A stretch of DNA of 64,000 bases from Marsupella aquatica. Its lineage: Eukaryota > Plantae > Marchantiophyta. Numbering within the stretch: position 1 is the first letter of the stretch; the number at the start of each line of letters is the position of its first letter. The DNA lies in NCBI GenBank assembly GCA_973895155.1, contig OZ316897.1, positions 19,533,224-19,597,223 on the forward strand. The letters run 5' to 3'. The notes beneath the pieces were generated by a model. That model worked only from the letters and a program-made list of their open reading frames with translations, did no database searches and was not told the origin of the DNA. Of the stretch, positions 1 through 12,400 are shown one piece after another. Made by a program: the position numbers and the translations under genes.

Positions 1-10
1 CGACAAACTA

Positions 11-2592
11 GTGGAAGCTGGATTCATCACTCCAGTCCTGCATTCAGACTGGGTGTCTCCAATTGTGATAGTTCCCAAGAAAGCTGGACCCGATGGTAAA
101 CCCAAGATCCGGGTTTGTCAGGATTACAGGAAGCTGAATGAAGCAACATTAAAAGACCATTTTCCTTTACCGTTTACTGATATGGTACTAGACATGGTAG
201 CCAGTCATGAACTATATTCATTCATGGATGGATACTCTGGTTATAACCAAATCAGGATTCGGCAGGAAGACCAAATCAAGACGGCCTTCATCACGGAATG
301 GGGGATCTATGTCTTCAATCGTATGCCGTTTGGACTCTGCAACGCACCAGCTATGTTCCAACGATTAATGGTGAACATTTTTCATGATTACTTGAGAAAG
401 TTCATGGAAATCTTCATTGATGACTTTGCAGTATTCGGGAAGGCATCGAAACATGCTAAATACCTCAGGAAAACCTTCATGAGATGTAGAGAGGTGGGTC
501 TCAAGTTACACCCAGATAAATGTTTTTTTGCAGTAACCGAGGGGGTGCTACTAGGTCACAAGGTATCAAGGAAGGGCATTGAGATTGACAAAGGTAAGCT
601 AGCAGTATGGCTAGATATCATGCAACCTAAGAACATAAAGGATGTAAGATCCTTCTTGGGATGCATTGGTTACTATCGCCGGTTCATCAAGGATTTTGCC
701 AAGCTAGCTTTACCATTAACCAATATGCTCAAGGCAGGAGCAGACTTCGAACCCACACCCGAACGAGTCACAGCGGTGGTAGAATTGAAGCAGATGTTAG
801 TAGAGGCCCCAGTCATGATAGCACCGGACTGGAACAAAGATTTTCATGTTTTTGTAGATGTCTCGGGCTTCTGTATTGGCTCAGTACTAAGTCAGTTGGA
901 TGAGAAAGGAAGGGACCATCCCATATACTTCGCAAGCCGTCAGCTTGCCGATGCCGAACGGAACTACTCTACCACGGAAAGAGAAGCATTAGGAGTCATT
1001 TATTCTTGTAAAAAGTTTAGGCATTATTTACTAGGGTACAAGGTAATCTTTCATACTGATCATGAAAGTTTGAAGTACCTAGTCAATAAGCCGGACCTTA
1101 CAGGCAGAGTAGCAAGATGGATTTTTCTATTACAGGAGTTTGACTATGAGCTGAGGATCAAGCCGGGAAAGTTACATGCCAATGCCAACTTCTTTTCAAG
1201 GATCACAGGTAAACCTGCCACGGATTGCATCGATGATCGATTCCCCGACGAGGAGCTATTCGTTGTGGAAATAGCTGGTACATGGTACCCTGAGATTTTA
1301 CAATTTCTCAGCACTTCCAGATTACAGCCAGGATTAAGCCGAGAGCAAGCCGCAGTCTTTGTGCGGAAGGTCAGACAGTATCAGTGCATTAAAGGCATAC
1401 TGCACAAGCATGGAATCAACGGCACGATTCAAAGATGTTTGGAAAAGAGAGAGGTAAAACGAGTCCTACGGGCCATGCATGGAGAGGAGGCCGGAGGACA
1501 TTTTCCCCAGTAACCACGTCTAAGAAGATATTAAATGCCGGTTACTGGTGGCCCACCTTGCACAAAGATGTCTATCAGTTTATCAAACAATGCGATCCTT
1601 GTCAACGAGCGGGAGGACCAAGGGCGTCCACCAGGCATCCACTGCACCCTATTCTACCTCTGGCACCATTCGAGAAGTGGGGTATTGATTACATTGGACC
1701 TCTGAAACCACTGACCCACCCTCGACGGAACAAGTACATTATCCTGGCTACGGATTATGCAACTAAATGGGTAGAGGCCAGACCAACAACGAAGGATGAT
1801 GCAATTACTACGGCTAGATTCATGTATGAGCAGATCTTCACCAGGTATGGAGCACCCCTAGAATTAGTTAGTGATAGAGGAACCCATTTTTTGAATGATA
1901 TAATTAGTCATTTAAATGAGCAGTATTTAGTTAAACATAGGCCTACTACTCCCTACCATCCAAAGGCAAACGGGTTGACAGAACGAGCAAACAAAATCAT
2001 AGGAAAGATATTGAACAAGACAGTAGCTCAGAACAAACTCGATTGGGATGATAAATTGTTTGCTGCTGTTTTTGCTTACAATCTTGCCTATAAATCCACT
2101 ACCGGTCATACACCCTTCTTCTTAACCTTTGGACAAGAAGCCCTGGTACCCATGCAACTTGAGATACCGACATTTCAAGTTACAATTGAGGAAAGAGCCT
2201 CAGCGGAGGAGAGCCTAAAGGAGCGAGAATATAGGTTAGAAGCTTTAGAGGAAGCGAGAATGATTTCAGCCGAGAGAGTAGAATATAGACAGAATATCAT
2301 GAAGCAGCAGTATGATAAAAGGTTAAAAGTAGTTAGTATTCATACCGGTGATCTTGTGCTACTTTATGACAGTAGGTATAGTAGGTTTCCAGGAAAGCTT
2401 TACACTCGCTGGTTAGGACCCTTTAGAGTAACCATGATGTTCCCCAATGGCTCCGTACAATTGGCCAACATTACGGGAGAGGTATATCCAGTTCGCATCC
2501 ATTATGACCGCCTCAAGAAATACTATATGGACGAAGATGAAGTTGTTCGCGAGGACGCTTCACAATTAAGTGGGGAGCTATGTGATGCCTAG
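11..2592 (+). pseudogene. pol: pol (RT, RNase H, integrase) with a 1-bp frameshift near 1505
   Basis: WVSPIVIVPKK, MPFGLCNAP, FIDD, RH VDVSG, integrase GGH..YWWPTL..CDPCQR, WGIDYIGP, SDRG, WLGPF. Two overlapping ORFs (11-1513, 1435-2592) join at GGHF. The stop lies within the first 12 nt of the LTR. Confidence 0.95.
2568..2580 (+). other. Polypurine tract of Gypsy-1
   Basis: AAGTGGGGAG-CTA immediately before the LTR TG. Confidence 0.8.
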
Positions 2593-5500
2593 ACAGGAAT
2601 CACTCGACCGGTTAAGTGGGTAAAGCAGGAAGGCACCCTAGGAACACCTTAGTATAGGGACAAAACAAGGAAAATATAAACAATTAGGGGCAACCATGGA
2701 ACCCGGGCCGAGGCCGGAGGTAAGGCTAAGGGTGAAAACCCGATTAGGGTTAGGGCGCGTTAAGCGTCGGCGGCTAGGAAGGATCAACGGGAAGAAGGAC
2801 CGGCAGAGGAGAGGGGTAAGGAGCGCTTGCAGGAGATGGTGGCTCATTTGCGAGCACGAACTAGGCAGACGACTACGGGAGGCCAACTACTGTCAGCTGC
2901 TTAGGCAAGCACTCGGGGAGAGAGTAGATACCGACGATCGACCTAAGGAGGGTATGAGCAACGTCAATCAAGCGGCACATTTCTGGGGATGCCTGTTCGA
3001 ACGGGCAACTGAGTACATCAAGACTTACGAGGACGAGGAGTCAGAAAGGGCAGCTCGAGAATGGCAGGAGCTCGCTCGATTGTGGGAGCTGCACAAGATG
3101 GCTTTCTTAGGAGGCGAACTCATCAAGGACGAGTTCCTGTGGACGCCTACTTCCAATCAACTCGACGATCTTCTGTTTTGCAAAGACAGCGTCGTCGGCA
3201 TCCGAGAGGCCATCAAGAACTGCAACGACATACACTGGGAATTAAAGGGTAGCACGGAAAGGTGGACCCAGGCAACGGTGCTAGGAGAAATCTCCACGGC
3301 AGCAGAGATGAAGAGGAAGGGGACCGTCAACGATGAAGCCACCCCGGCAAAAAGAACGAGGTCGGCGGCACCAAAGAGGCCAGCCGAGCAGCAGAGCAGG
3401 AGGCAGGGAGAAGCCGAAGAGGAGGAGGTCGATCCCATCAAGGCCATTCCAACCAGGGATGACACCTGGAAGGGCTGGGCGGCAACCCTACCGGTGGAGG
3501 TGCAACTACATTTTGCACGGGAGGAGGATGCATGCTTTACGGCCATGCAGACCAAGAAGTACCAAGGCTTCATGGCCGGATCCGGCTTGGAGGCCTTTGT
3601 AAGATTACCATGGCTGAAGCCGGAGGTACCGGAGTCAGACCTATTAGAATTCGTGGGGTCATGGGAACCCGAGACCAATTGCACGAGGATATATGGGAAG
3701 GATTTCTATCTTACTCCCAAGGTAATTGCCGAAGTGTTTGGCTTGCCGATAGGCAATAAGACCAAAGTTGATACCAGGAAGACCTTGCCTGACAAGGAGT
3801 TCCGGTCGTTCCCCGGGCCATCAACGAAGAATGGCTTCTTCCGGAACACCTGCACCAACCCGCACATAGGAGAGATGATCGACTTCTTGCGGGTGACCAT
3901 GCATTGTAACTTGCCGAGGGCAGAGATCGGCAAGGCACAGGTCTATCTGGCAGAAAGGCCAGACCCAAGCCGGGACTACAACGGGTACCTCCTCAACCAA
4001 TTGAAGAAGATCTTAAAGGAGGAGCAGCAGGTAATCGGCATGGGGAGCGTGTCGCGGCTTGGCTATCACATGCCGCTGTTGTGCCGGTATGCCAGAGGTC
4101 AGACTTTTGCCCCGGTACTTCCCCTGCAGGTAAGGGCACCCGAGGAAGCTCCAACACCGAGGCCGTTGGCTGAGAAGCCTCAACCACCTGTTAGTCCTAT
4201 GATCGAGCAGGTGTTTAGGCCCAGGAAGGAAGACTTGCCGATGCAGCAACCAGGCATGCAGAGTCTGCTGAAACTACTGGAGAAAGAAAAGAAATCGGCA
4301 TCGGCAACAACAACGGCAACGGCAACAATGCAGGACACTACTACAGAGGTAGGCCTACACCGGCTCACAAGAGAAAACCCCTTTGCTGGAGACAAGGAGA
4401 GAATCAGGCCAGAATCCAAGCCAGGTGTTCGAATGTACGTGGGAACCTCAAGGTCCGAATCTGAGGCAGAATTGCCTGAAGCTCCTACCGACGAAGAGGA
4501 GAGGGAGAAGCCGGACGTCCAAGAGGTAGAGGAGGCAGTGGAGGACTGCAGCCATGATAATTCCGGCTATGGGTCGGACCATCACGTTCCAGGAGTAAGG
4601 ACCTGTGGCCGGTTTGTCCCCACACTTCCAAGGGTAGTGCGAGGGGACCCCAACCAGCAGAGTAGCCCTGAGTCTCCCCCACCAGATGTTGCTCCCCCGA
4701 GCTTCGACGGCATAAAACAGACGGTGCAGGAATTTCAGGAGCGAATCAAGCAGGAGGAAGAGGCCGCCCTGGCTAAGGAAAAGGATTTACCAGGAGGAGA
4801 TTGGCCGGAGGACATCAGGCGGCTAGCCGAAAAAGGAAGCAAACCTCTAGCCACGATTGAAGAGATCCGCAGGACGGCTTGGGAGCAGAGGCCACGATGG
4901 GCGATGCCGATCACTTCTACTTACTCCACCTACGCTAAGAATAGAGCCATGGAGTATGGTGAGATGTGTGGGGAACTTGCGCTCGGCATCTTTGGAGAGG
5001 AGTTGGAGGTAGGACCCTTTTTCCATAGGGAGCAGTTGGAGAAGCACCAATTAGAAGAAGCGGTGGCTTTAGAGAGAAGCAAGAAGGACGAGGTCATTCG
5101 GCGGCTTAGGAGGATGGAAGCCGAGATTGAAGATCTAAGGGCGGCCAAGAAAGCCCAAGATGAACTGCGGATTAAACGACATGAGCTGAACATCATGCAG
5201 GGGCAGTTGGACACCGCGCAGGCTGATAATCAGAATATCAAGGATAAACTGACTCAGACGCAGGAAGAGTTGGCCGACACAATCAAAGAGAGGGAGAAGT
5301 GGAAGCAAGAGCTGAAGAATACAGAGGAGGCCCACATAACAGCCAACAGCCGGGCCATGGCGGAGACCCAAAGAAAGGAATGGGCGTTGAAAGGGGAGCT
5401 CGAGAAAATCCGCGGAGCCCTTGAGCAGAAGGAGGTCGAGTTAGGGAAATCCTATCAAGGGATTATGGCGCTGCAACAGGAGCTTGCATCCCTGACGGCC

Positions 5501-7216
5501 AGCTTCAAGGCCGACCTAAGGGAGAAGGACGAGATGCTCGAACAGACTTACGCCAAGATGAACCAGATGGAGTCTGTCATCATTGCAGAGCTCGACAAGG
5601 AGCTAAGAGCAACCCAGGAGGAGAGGGCTACCTTGAAGAAGGAATTGGAGGAAGCCCACAGGGAGCAGGAGGAGGCCAAAAACGAGCTGGAGGGGGCACG
5701 TAAGGACCTGGATGAAACCCAATAGGAGTTGGAGGAAATCACGAGGAAGATGGAGAACCTACAGCGGCGGGCCGACAACCAAACAGAGCGGCTGAAGAAA
5801 CAAGCCGCAGTATTTAAATGCTTAGCTGCAGCAGGTCCATCTCCCGTTGGGACAAACCAGTTACCAGGGGTGGTAATTGCCGAAGGACAAGCCGCGTCAA
5901 CTGCACCAGTGCCGGAAGTAAGTGGGAAGGGGAAGGGACCAGCTGCCGAGCCACCAACGAAGAAGAAGCGGAAACCTTCAGGGTCAAGGAGTAATACGAC
6001 TTCACAGGCCGTGGTGATCAAGGAGGTAGACCCAGCACCGACCCCAGACAGGGTCGCAGCTAAGGATCCAACTACCCTAGGGGAAGGGGAGGCCGAAGCC
6101 GTGGGAGTGGCTGAGGCCGAAGCCGTGGGTATTGCCGAGGCCGGTGTCGAGGCTGAAGCCGAAGGTGGACCCAGTCAGGCCGATGGAGAGTTGACTCGGT
6201 CAAGGGCAGGTAATCTGTCAGTAGGCGGGCCAACGGCAGTGGCTGAGGAGGAAGTGTTGGGGGCGTCCATTGAGGATCCACCACCGGTGTCGTGACGGTG
6301 CAAGGGCGCCGTTCCTTTTAGGGAGGGCGGACGTGGAGGGAGGAGGCGTGAGTGGGCAGGGCGGGCGCGGATCTCCACGTTTAGGATTAGGATTAGAACC
6401 AGGAGCGGCCCTGACACTTAGCTTAGTGGGATTGCGGTCCCACTGGTAGGAGCAACACTTGTGCTCCTGCCTTGCTGTACATAGGTAGATTCGGGCAAGG
6501 AGATTACTGTCAGGTAGATTAGGCTTACGATGCAAAGAATGGCGGATCCACTACCAGGATAAGTACCTGGGCAGCGGGGAGCTCAGGGCCTCTTCTTTAG
6601 CAAGTTTTTAGTTTGCACCAGCCGGGCTGGGATCAAGTAGTACGAGAAGCTCTCGGTTAGTCATACAGTGACCCTTGTGTATATTCATGTTTCCTCATGC
6701 CTAAGAGCTGAATAGAGTTGGCCTCACGGCTTAGTTCGCAGAACTTGTGTATGAGATGTACTGTTTGTATGGCAAGTGCATGGTATGACTCAGTCAGAAT
6801 GAGTCATTTTGCTATTTGTGTGTCGCATTAACTTGTGTGAAGAGTGCCCACATCAACAGAAGGAAGGAAAGTAAGCAGGGGAGTGAGAGTTGGATGTGTC
6901 GAGCTGAGAGAGGTCTTAGCGGCTTAACCAAGCCTATTGGGGATCATTCCGGCGGCGGAATCCAAACATACCTAACAAGACGGAGGGGAAGACAGGGGAA
7001 GACAGGGGAAGGCCTATATTAGGCCGGCTACGTATCTCATGACCCGATGAAGGATCTGTCCAGTATATGTGTGTAAAATGTTAATAGTAGTAGTAGAAGG
7101 TTAGCAGCGTCCCATGCCGCTAAGCCGCGGAAACGGCCTCGCCAAGCACGAAACCTGCAGGAATCGGCTTGAGCTGGGGGGTTTCTTGGGTTTAGGGAGC
7201 CATGGGACGCACCACA
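2581..7216 (+). repeat. 3' LTR of Gypsy-1 (4636 bp), protein-coding
   Basis: Near-identical end to end to 55945-60604; TG..CA termini with imperfect inverted repeat TGTGATGC/GCACCACA; follows the PPT. Confidence 0.95.
2696..6295 (+). pseudogene. LTR-encoded ~1199-aa protein (PMD-like motif, low-complexity linker, long coiled coil); one premature TAG at 5723-5725
   Basis: ORFs 2696-5725 and 5729-6295 are in frame; the solo-LTR copy has GAG at this codon. EFVGSWEPETN...LTPKVIAEVFGLPIG resembles the PMD motif WRPETH...ITLxDVxxLLGLPIDG. Heptad-rich E/K/Q/L region at ~5020-5810. Confidence 0.8.
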
Positions 7217-7549
7217 CCTTATGTAGTTTACGGGCAGGATTGGGCTTGTACAATTTTTATCTTGTATTGAGATGGATCTCAACAAACCTCCCTCCGATGA
7301 GCCTCCCGTTTCTTTCTCGTTGGGAGATATTCGTTTTGTAACTCGACCCAAGGTAGCTGCCAAGGAGGCAATAGTCCGTAGGTATGGAGAAAAGGGTTAT
7401 GATGTTGTGCTTTCATCCACGGAACCGTTCCTTGTGGTGTCTGCTACCCAGTCTAGAATAGTAATCATGATCTTAACTTAAGTTCTCTCTTGACACTAGC
7501 AGCCATAGGCCCGGTGCTTCCTCAAGAACCACATTTTTCCCCCCAGACA
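7217..7549 (+). repeat. Last 333 bp of the Gypsy-2 5' LTR
   Basis: Matches 49996-50328 with 2 substitutions seen; ends CCCCAGACA. Confidence 0.95.
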
Positions 7550-7552
7550 TAT

Positions 7553-7570
7553 TGGCGACCATACTGGGGA
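7553..7570 (+). other. Primer binding site of Gypsy-2 (tRNA-Arg-like)
   Basis: TGGCGACCATACTGGGGA, 3 nt after the LTR; tRNA identity inferred from remembered plant tRNA-Arg 3' ends. Confidence 0.7.
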
Positions 7571-7605
7571 AACTTGAGGCTAGTGTCAAAGATAAAAGGA
7601 TATTG

Positions 7606-8165
7606 ATGAGAGAAGAAGCTTGATAGAAAATAGAAGCAAAGGAGAAGTTGTTCACAATGGTAGGAGGAACTATGGAAGAGATGACTGAGATGTTTATGAG
7701 TTTGATGGAGGCCAAAGCACGAAGAGAGGCACCTGAGAACCAAAAGAAGGAGGAAGCAAGTCGTATGACCAAGTGCTTACAAGCCTTGTTAGCAAAGTTT
7801 GGACAGTTCGACGGGAGAAGAGCAACCCGGTACTTGAAAGAGTATTGGACAGAGGTAGCCATCCACAAGATCAGTGAGAAGGTTGCCATTCATGAATTTG
7901 CATCATTGGTGGAATCAGAATTGAAAGACATCATCACTAAGATTGCGGAAGGAGCCAAAGAGGATTGGAAAACATTTGAAATGAGGGTGAGAGAGGAGTT
8001 TCGATTTGAAGATCCAGATCGAGTTACTGCAGCCACGTTCCTTGGTTGGGTACAAGAGAAAAACAAGAAATTGGGACCTCAAGAATTATTGAGGGAATTC
8101 AATAGGCGCTACCATCAGCTATCTTCAAAGGATCTAACAATAATCAGTCTCAAAAGAGGGGGTCT
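7606..8165 (+). pseudogene. gag: Gypsy-2 gag, N-terminal part
   Basis: FDGRRATRYLKEY gag-like motif; TGA TAG at 7621-7626. Removing the CACTA plus one TCT restores RGGL|LIRAAD in frame with 43429. Confidence 0.85.
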
Positions 8166-8330
8166 CACTAGTAGAAACCGGGGCAATTTAGACCATACCT
8201 TATAGGACTATGCCCACTAAGTCCTTTTTCCATACTTAAAACGACTCGCACCCATTGCACCGGTTTTGTTGAAGACTAGAAAAGACTATGAGAGTTTTAT
8301 GGTTCACTAAAAGACTATGAGAAGTAACCT
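8166..8330. repeat. CACTA left TIR and subterminal GACT-core repeats
   Basis: AGGACTA, ACGACTC and AAGACTA/AAAGACTA copies next to the TIR. Confidence 0.75.
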
Positions 8331-8824
8331 TGCTACTTTGTGAAGGGTGAATAGTCTAGCACATCATGGGTAATGTTCACTCTATGTTGAGGAGGGGTAA
8401 TTCTCCTTCATCTTTGAGCCGAAAGCACCGACGTCTATCGAGTGCCAAAGAACTGCTGGAGATCGAGCGAATTCACACTCTCAGATGTGGGTCGTGTCAA
8501 ATTGTTTCCTCCATTGATGGCAGCCTTCTGTGAGATTGATTTATACTGTGTGGCTATCTGGGAGTTTTGTCGACTCATTTGACACCGATACTCCCGTGAT
8601 TTCCTCATACATAGTGCCACTGCCCCCCCGCATTGTGTTCAATCCCTATAGCTTATAGCTGCACCACTCTTGGTGGCCCTTGCTCATGCCTTGGTTTTTT
8701 TTTCTTTTTCCCATTACAGTATACACCCCCTTCTTACTAATCAGGTGGATTAATTTAGTACTAGACAATGCTTTGACACTTTACACTTACACTATGCTGA
8801 CCTACTGCGCCTTCTAGTGCTTAT

Positions 8825-8988
8825 TGTTGTAACCATTTACTCTAGACCATGGTTAACCCCTAACCCTATCCTGAAGGGGTAACATGGGTTAACACCAACC
8901 CCAACATGTAACCCTATGGTGACTATATAAGTCACACCCATAATGGAACACAACAGCGAGTTGCAAGTCTCTCCATTGTCACACAACA
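8825..8988 (+). repeat. Copia 5' LTR
   Basis: TGTTG...CAACA, identical to 14446-14609, contains TATATAA. Confidence 0.96.
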
Positions 8989-9442
8989 CGTTATCAGCGC
9001 GATAGCATCTAAATTTTTTTCAGTTTGGAGTTAAGGTAGGATAATTGGAGTACGGCTTTCAGACAAAGAAATTGACTTCCAATGTTGCGTTTTTAGCCCC
9101 ACCCCACATCAGTAACTGCCACCAATTCAAATCACACCATAATTTAAACTTCGGATCCTCTGAATAGTCCACGAATCCTTACGGAAAACACACAATCCGT
9201 ATATAATTGATTAGTGACACTATCGGAGAGGCATGAATCACTTTGAAATAGTGTTTTCCCGTTCAAATTCGACTCAATTTTTTTTTATATCTTATTGTTC
9301 CGCCACGGAAATCCTGAGTTTCTTTTATCGCCAAGGAAAATCCCGTGGATAAAAAGGCACGAGTGATTGAAGTAATTGAGAACGACATAGATTTGATATT
9401 AATCAGAACGCGGACAGTGATTTGTTACAGATTTGAGATACT

Positions 9443-12400
9443 ATGGCCACCCTGGAGAAATTACACTTTCCAGCCCTATTGGCAGATGGCAATAATTACT
9501 TAACCTGGTCAATAGATGTAGAGACCTACTTCGCATCAATACAACTAGAGGATACATTAATTACTGATGACAATTTAACATTGCAACAGAAGGCCAAAGC
9601 TGTATTTCTACTTAGACAGCATTTGACACCATCACTGAAGACACAATATATGAGTGATCTTAATCCCCGTCTATTATGGGACAAATTAAAAGCTCGATTT
9701 GACCATATGCGAGAGGTCTGGCTCCCAGAAGCCCGCAGGGATTGGTTTAATCTACGTGTCATGGATCATACTTCTATAGCAAATTATAATAGTTCTCTAT
9801 TTCGTATTACATCTCAATTGGAGATGTGTGGCCACCCAGTTGCAGACTTAGACAAAATCGATAAAACGTTGAGTACTTTCCCAGAGGCCAACATCGCCTT
9901 GGGAACTCAATACAGGAATATGCAATTCACAACTTATTCTAACTTAATTGCACATCTCCTAGTAGAGGAGAAACAACAAATTGTCTCTCTACAGAATGCA
10001 AGGAAACGACCACCAGGCACTGCACCAATACCACAGAAACCAGAAATTAATTACAATGCCCCAGAAGACCAACAACGAAATATAAGAGGCCGGGGTACAC
10101 AAAGAGGTGGATATAGAGGACGAGGTCGCAACTCAAATTATAGTGGAAGGGGAAATCAGTATGAAAATACCAGAGGTCGAGGCAGCAGAAGCCGTGGCCG
10201 GGGTAGAGGAAGAGGACGCGGCAGAGGTCACGCCCAATCATCTGACAACACACGAGAAGACCGAATGTGTTATAGATGTGGAAAAATTGGCCACCTAAAG
10301 AAAGACTGCTGGGCTTCTGACCAAGCGGCTAAGAGGCACTCAGAAGCAAGAGCTAAGTTAAAGCAAAATCCAGATGGCAACTATATGGAATTGGAAGAGG
10401 AGCTACCATCTTATCGAGAAGAAACTGATATGATAGACCAATCCAACGCTGAAGCTCATCTGGTGACAGCAGAGCCACCATATCCCTCCTCCAACGATCC
10501 CAATTTAGGTATCATTGATAGTGGGACATCCCACACTATCCTAAAAGATAGGAGTTATTTCCAAGACATCACTCCATCTGCCAGGGTAATGACAACCATA
10601 TCAGGTACGAATAAGATTGAGGAAGGAACAGGAAAGGCTACTGTCAAATTTCCCCAAGGAACAGTCATTAACATCGAAGCAGCTATCTTTGCACCAAATG
10701 CTACTCGAAATTTGATTAGCTTCAAAGACGTTGTTGCTAATAATTATCAACTCCGCACAGCAATGCTCCAGCAGAAACCTACTTTGCAAATAGTAGCCAT
10801 GACCACAGATGGAATTCAAATCAAAGAGATACTACCTCTAATACCCCCGGGTTTATATGCAGCCCCAATAACAGTGAACTATGCCACAGCAGAATCAAAT
10901 AATCTTACATACCTCTGGCACTGTCGACTGGGGCACCCGGGAATAAATATGTACCGTCGCATCATCAATGACTCACGAGGAATCCCTAAAGGAGTGCGTC
11001 CATCTATAAATCATAAGCAATGTCTGGCATGTTCTCAGGGGAAGCTGAGTACACGCCCAGCTACACAAAAGACCATCTATACTATCCCTAAATTCCTGGA
11101 ACGTCTAAATGCTGATGTCTGCGGGCCAATACACCCTCCAAGTGGGCCTTTCAGATATTTTTTAGCCATTGTAGACTCTTCAACTAAATGGCTCCAAGTT
11201 TCATTAATTTCTACTCGTAACCTGGTCTTTGCCAGAATCTTAGCCAACTTATTAAAACTTCGAGTACAATTCCCAGATTGTCCAATTAAGAAATTGCGAG
11301 TGGACGGGGCAGGGGAATTTACCTCCAGAGCATTTGACGACTTCTGTATGACAGCGGGGATCGACATTGAATACTCAGTTCCTTACGTCCATTTCCAGAA
11401 CGGCATAGTAGAGTCAGTCATAAAAAGGATTCAAATGATAACAAGGCCACTTCTATTGAACTCTAAACTACCACCTTCAGCATGGGGACACGCTGTCCTC
11501 CATGCAACAACTTTGCTTAAGTATCGGCCGTCAGCATTTAATACTAAAACCCCTCATCACCTTGCATTCGGTTTACCCCCTGATCTTTCACACATTAGAG
11601 TATTCGGATGTAAAGTGATGGTACCCATCCTTGGGCCACATCGATCCAAACTTGGCCCATAGAGAAGAGAAGGTATTTATATTGGCCATGACTCCTCGTC
11701 TATTATCCGCTATCTGGAACCTAGCACAGCTGATGTATTTAAAGCAAGACACGCTGACTGCCATTTCTATGAGGAAATTTTCCCCTCATTACTTAAGGCG
11801 CCAACTACATCACACGACATAACACCAGTACAGCTCAATTGGAATAGCAGAAATCTACTCAATCAAGATCCAAGAACTCAAAGTGCAGACGAGGAGGTAA
11901 GGCGCTTATTACATCTCCACGAAATGTTGGAAAAGATTCCTGACGCTTTCAATGACGCAGCAAATGTGACCAGATCACATGTTGACGCAGTCAATACCCC
12001 AGCTCGGATTCAGCTGCTGCCAACTCAAGCAAAGGAAACCTTACCTAAGGCGAAGAGAGGACGCCCACTAGGATCCACTGATTCTCGCCCTCGCCAGAGA
12101 TGTGCACAAACGGTAAATACTGAAACCACATTTAATCTGGTCAGTATCGAACCAGAGAAAAAGAGGGCACCAGATAATGAAGAAATGTCTATTCAATACA
12201 CACACACAGGACACATTTATGCTCGATCAAACACAATAATAGACGAGCAGTTTGCTTATCATATAGCCCAATCCATCTCAAATGATACACCTGATCCCTA
12301 TACAATCAAAGAAGCACAGAAAAGGCCCGATTGGCCACAGTGGAGAGAGGCTATCAATACAGAAATGGACGCATTAATCAAAAGACAAGTATTCGGCCCA

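Larger units (their letters stand above)
1..7216 (+). mobile_element. Gypsy-1: Ty3/gypsy non-chromovirus (Athila/Tat-related) LTR retrotransposon, 5' part outside window, inserted in the 5' LTR of Gypsy-2
   Basis: RT-RH-INT order, PPT at 2568-2577, LTR TGTGATG...CACCACA. Sequence after 7216 (CCTTATGTAG...) matches the interior of the Gypsy-2 3' LTR at 49996. Confidence 0.95.

Noticed and set aside
2735-2756. Telomeric repeat
   Set aside because: Only 2-3 units; at most a telo-box
2696-6295. LTR ORF as env, or as a host myosin/SMC gene
   Set aside because: No signal or TM segment and no motor/ATPase motifs; it is intronless and bounded by LTR termini
7272-7481. 69-aa ORF duplicated at 50051
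   Set aside because: Identity reflects LTR duplication; no motif recognised
11660-11662. Programmed read-through in copia
   Set aside because: The stop lies inside integrase at the conserved GP(Q)RR position, not at the gag/pol border; a simple nonsense mutation is more likely
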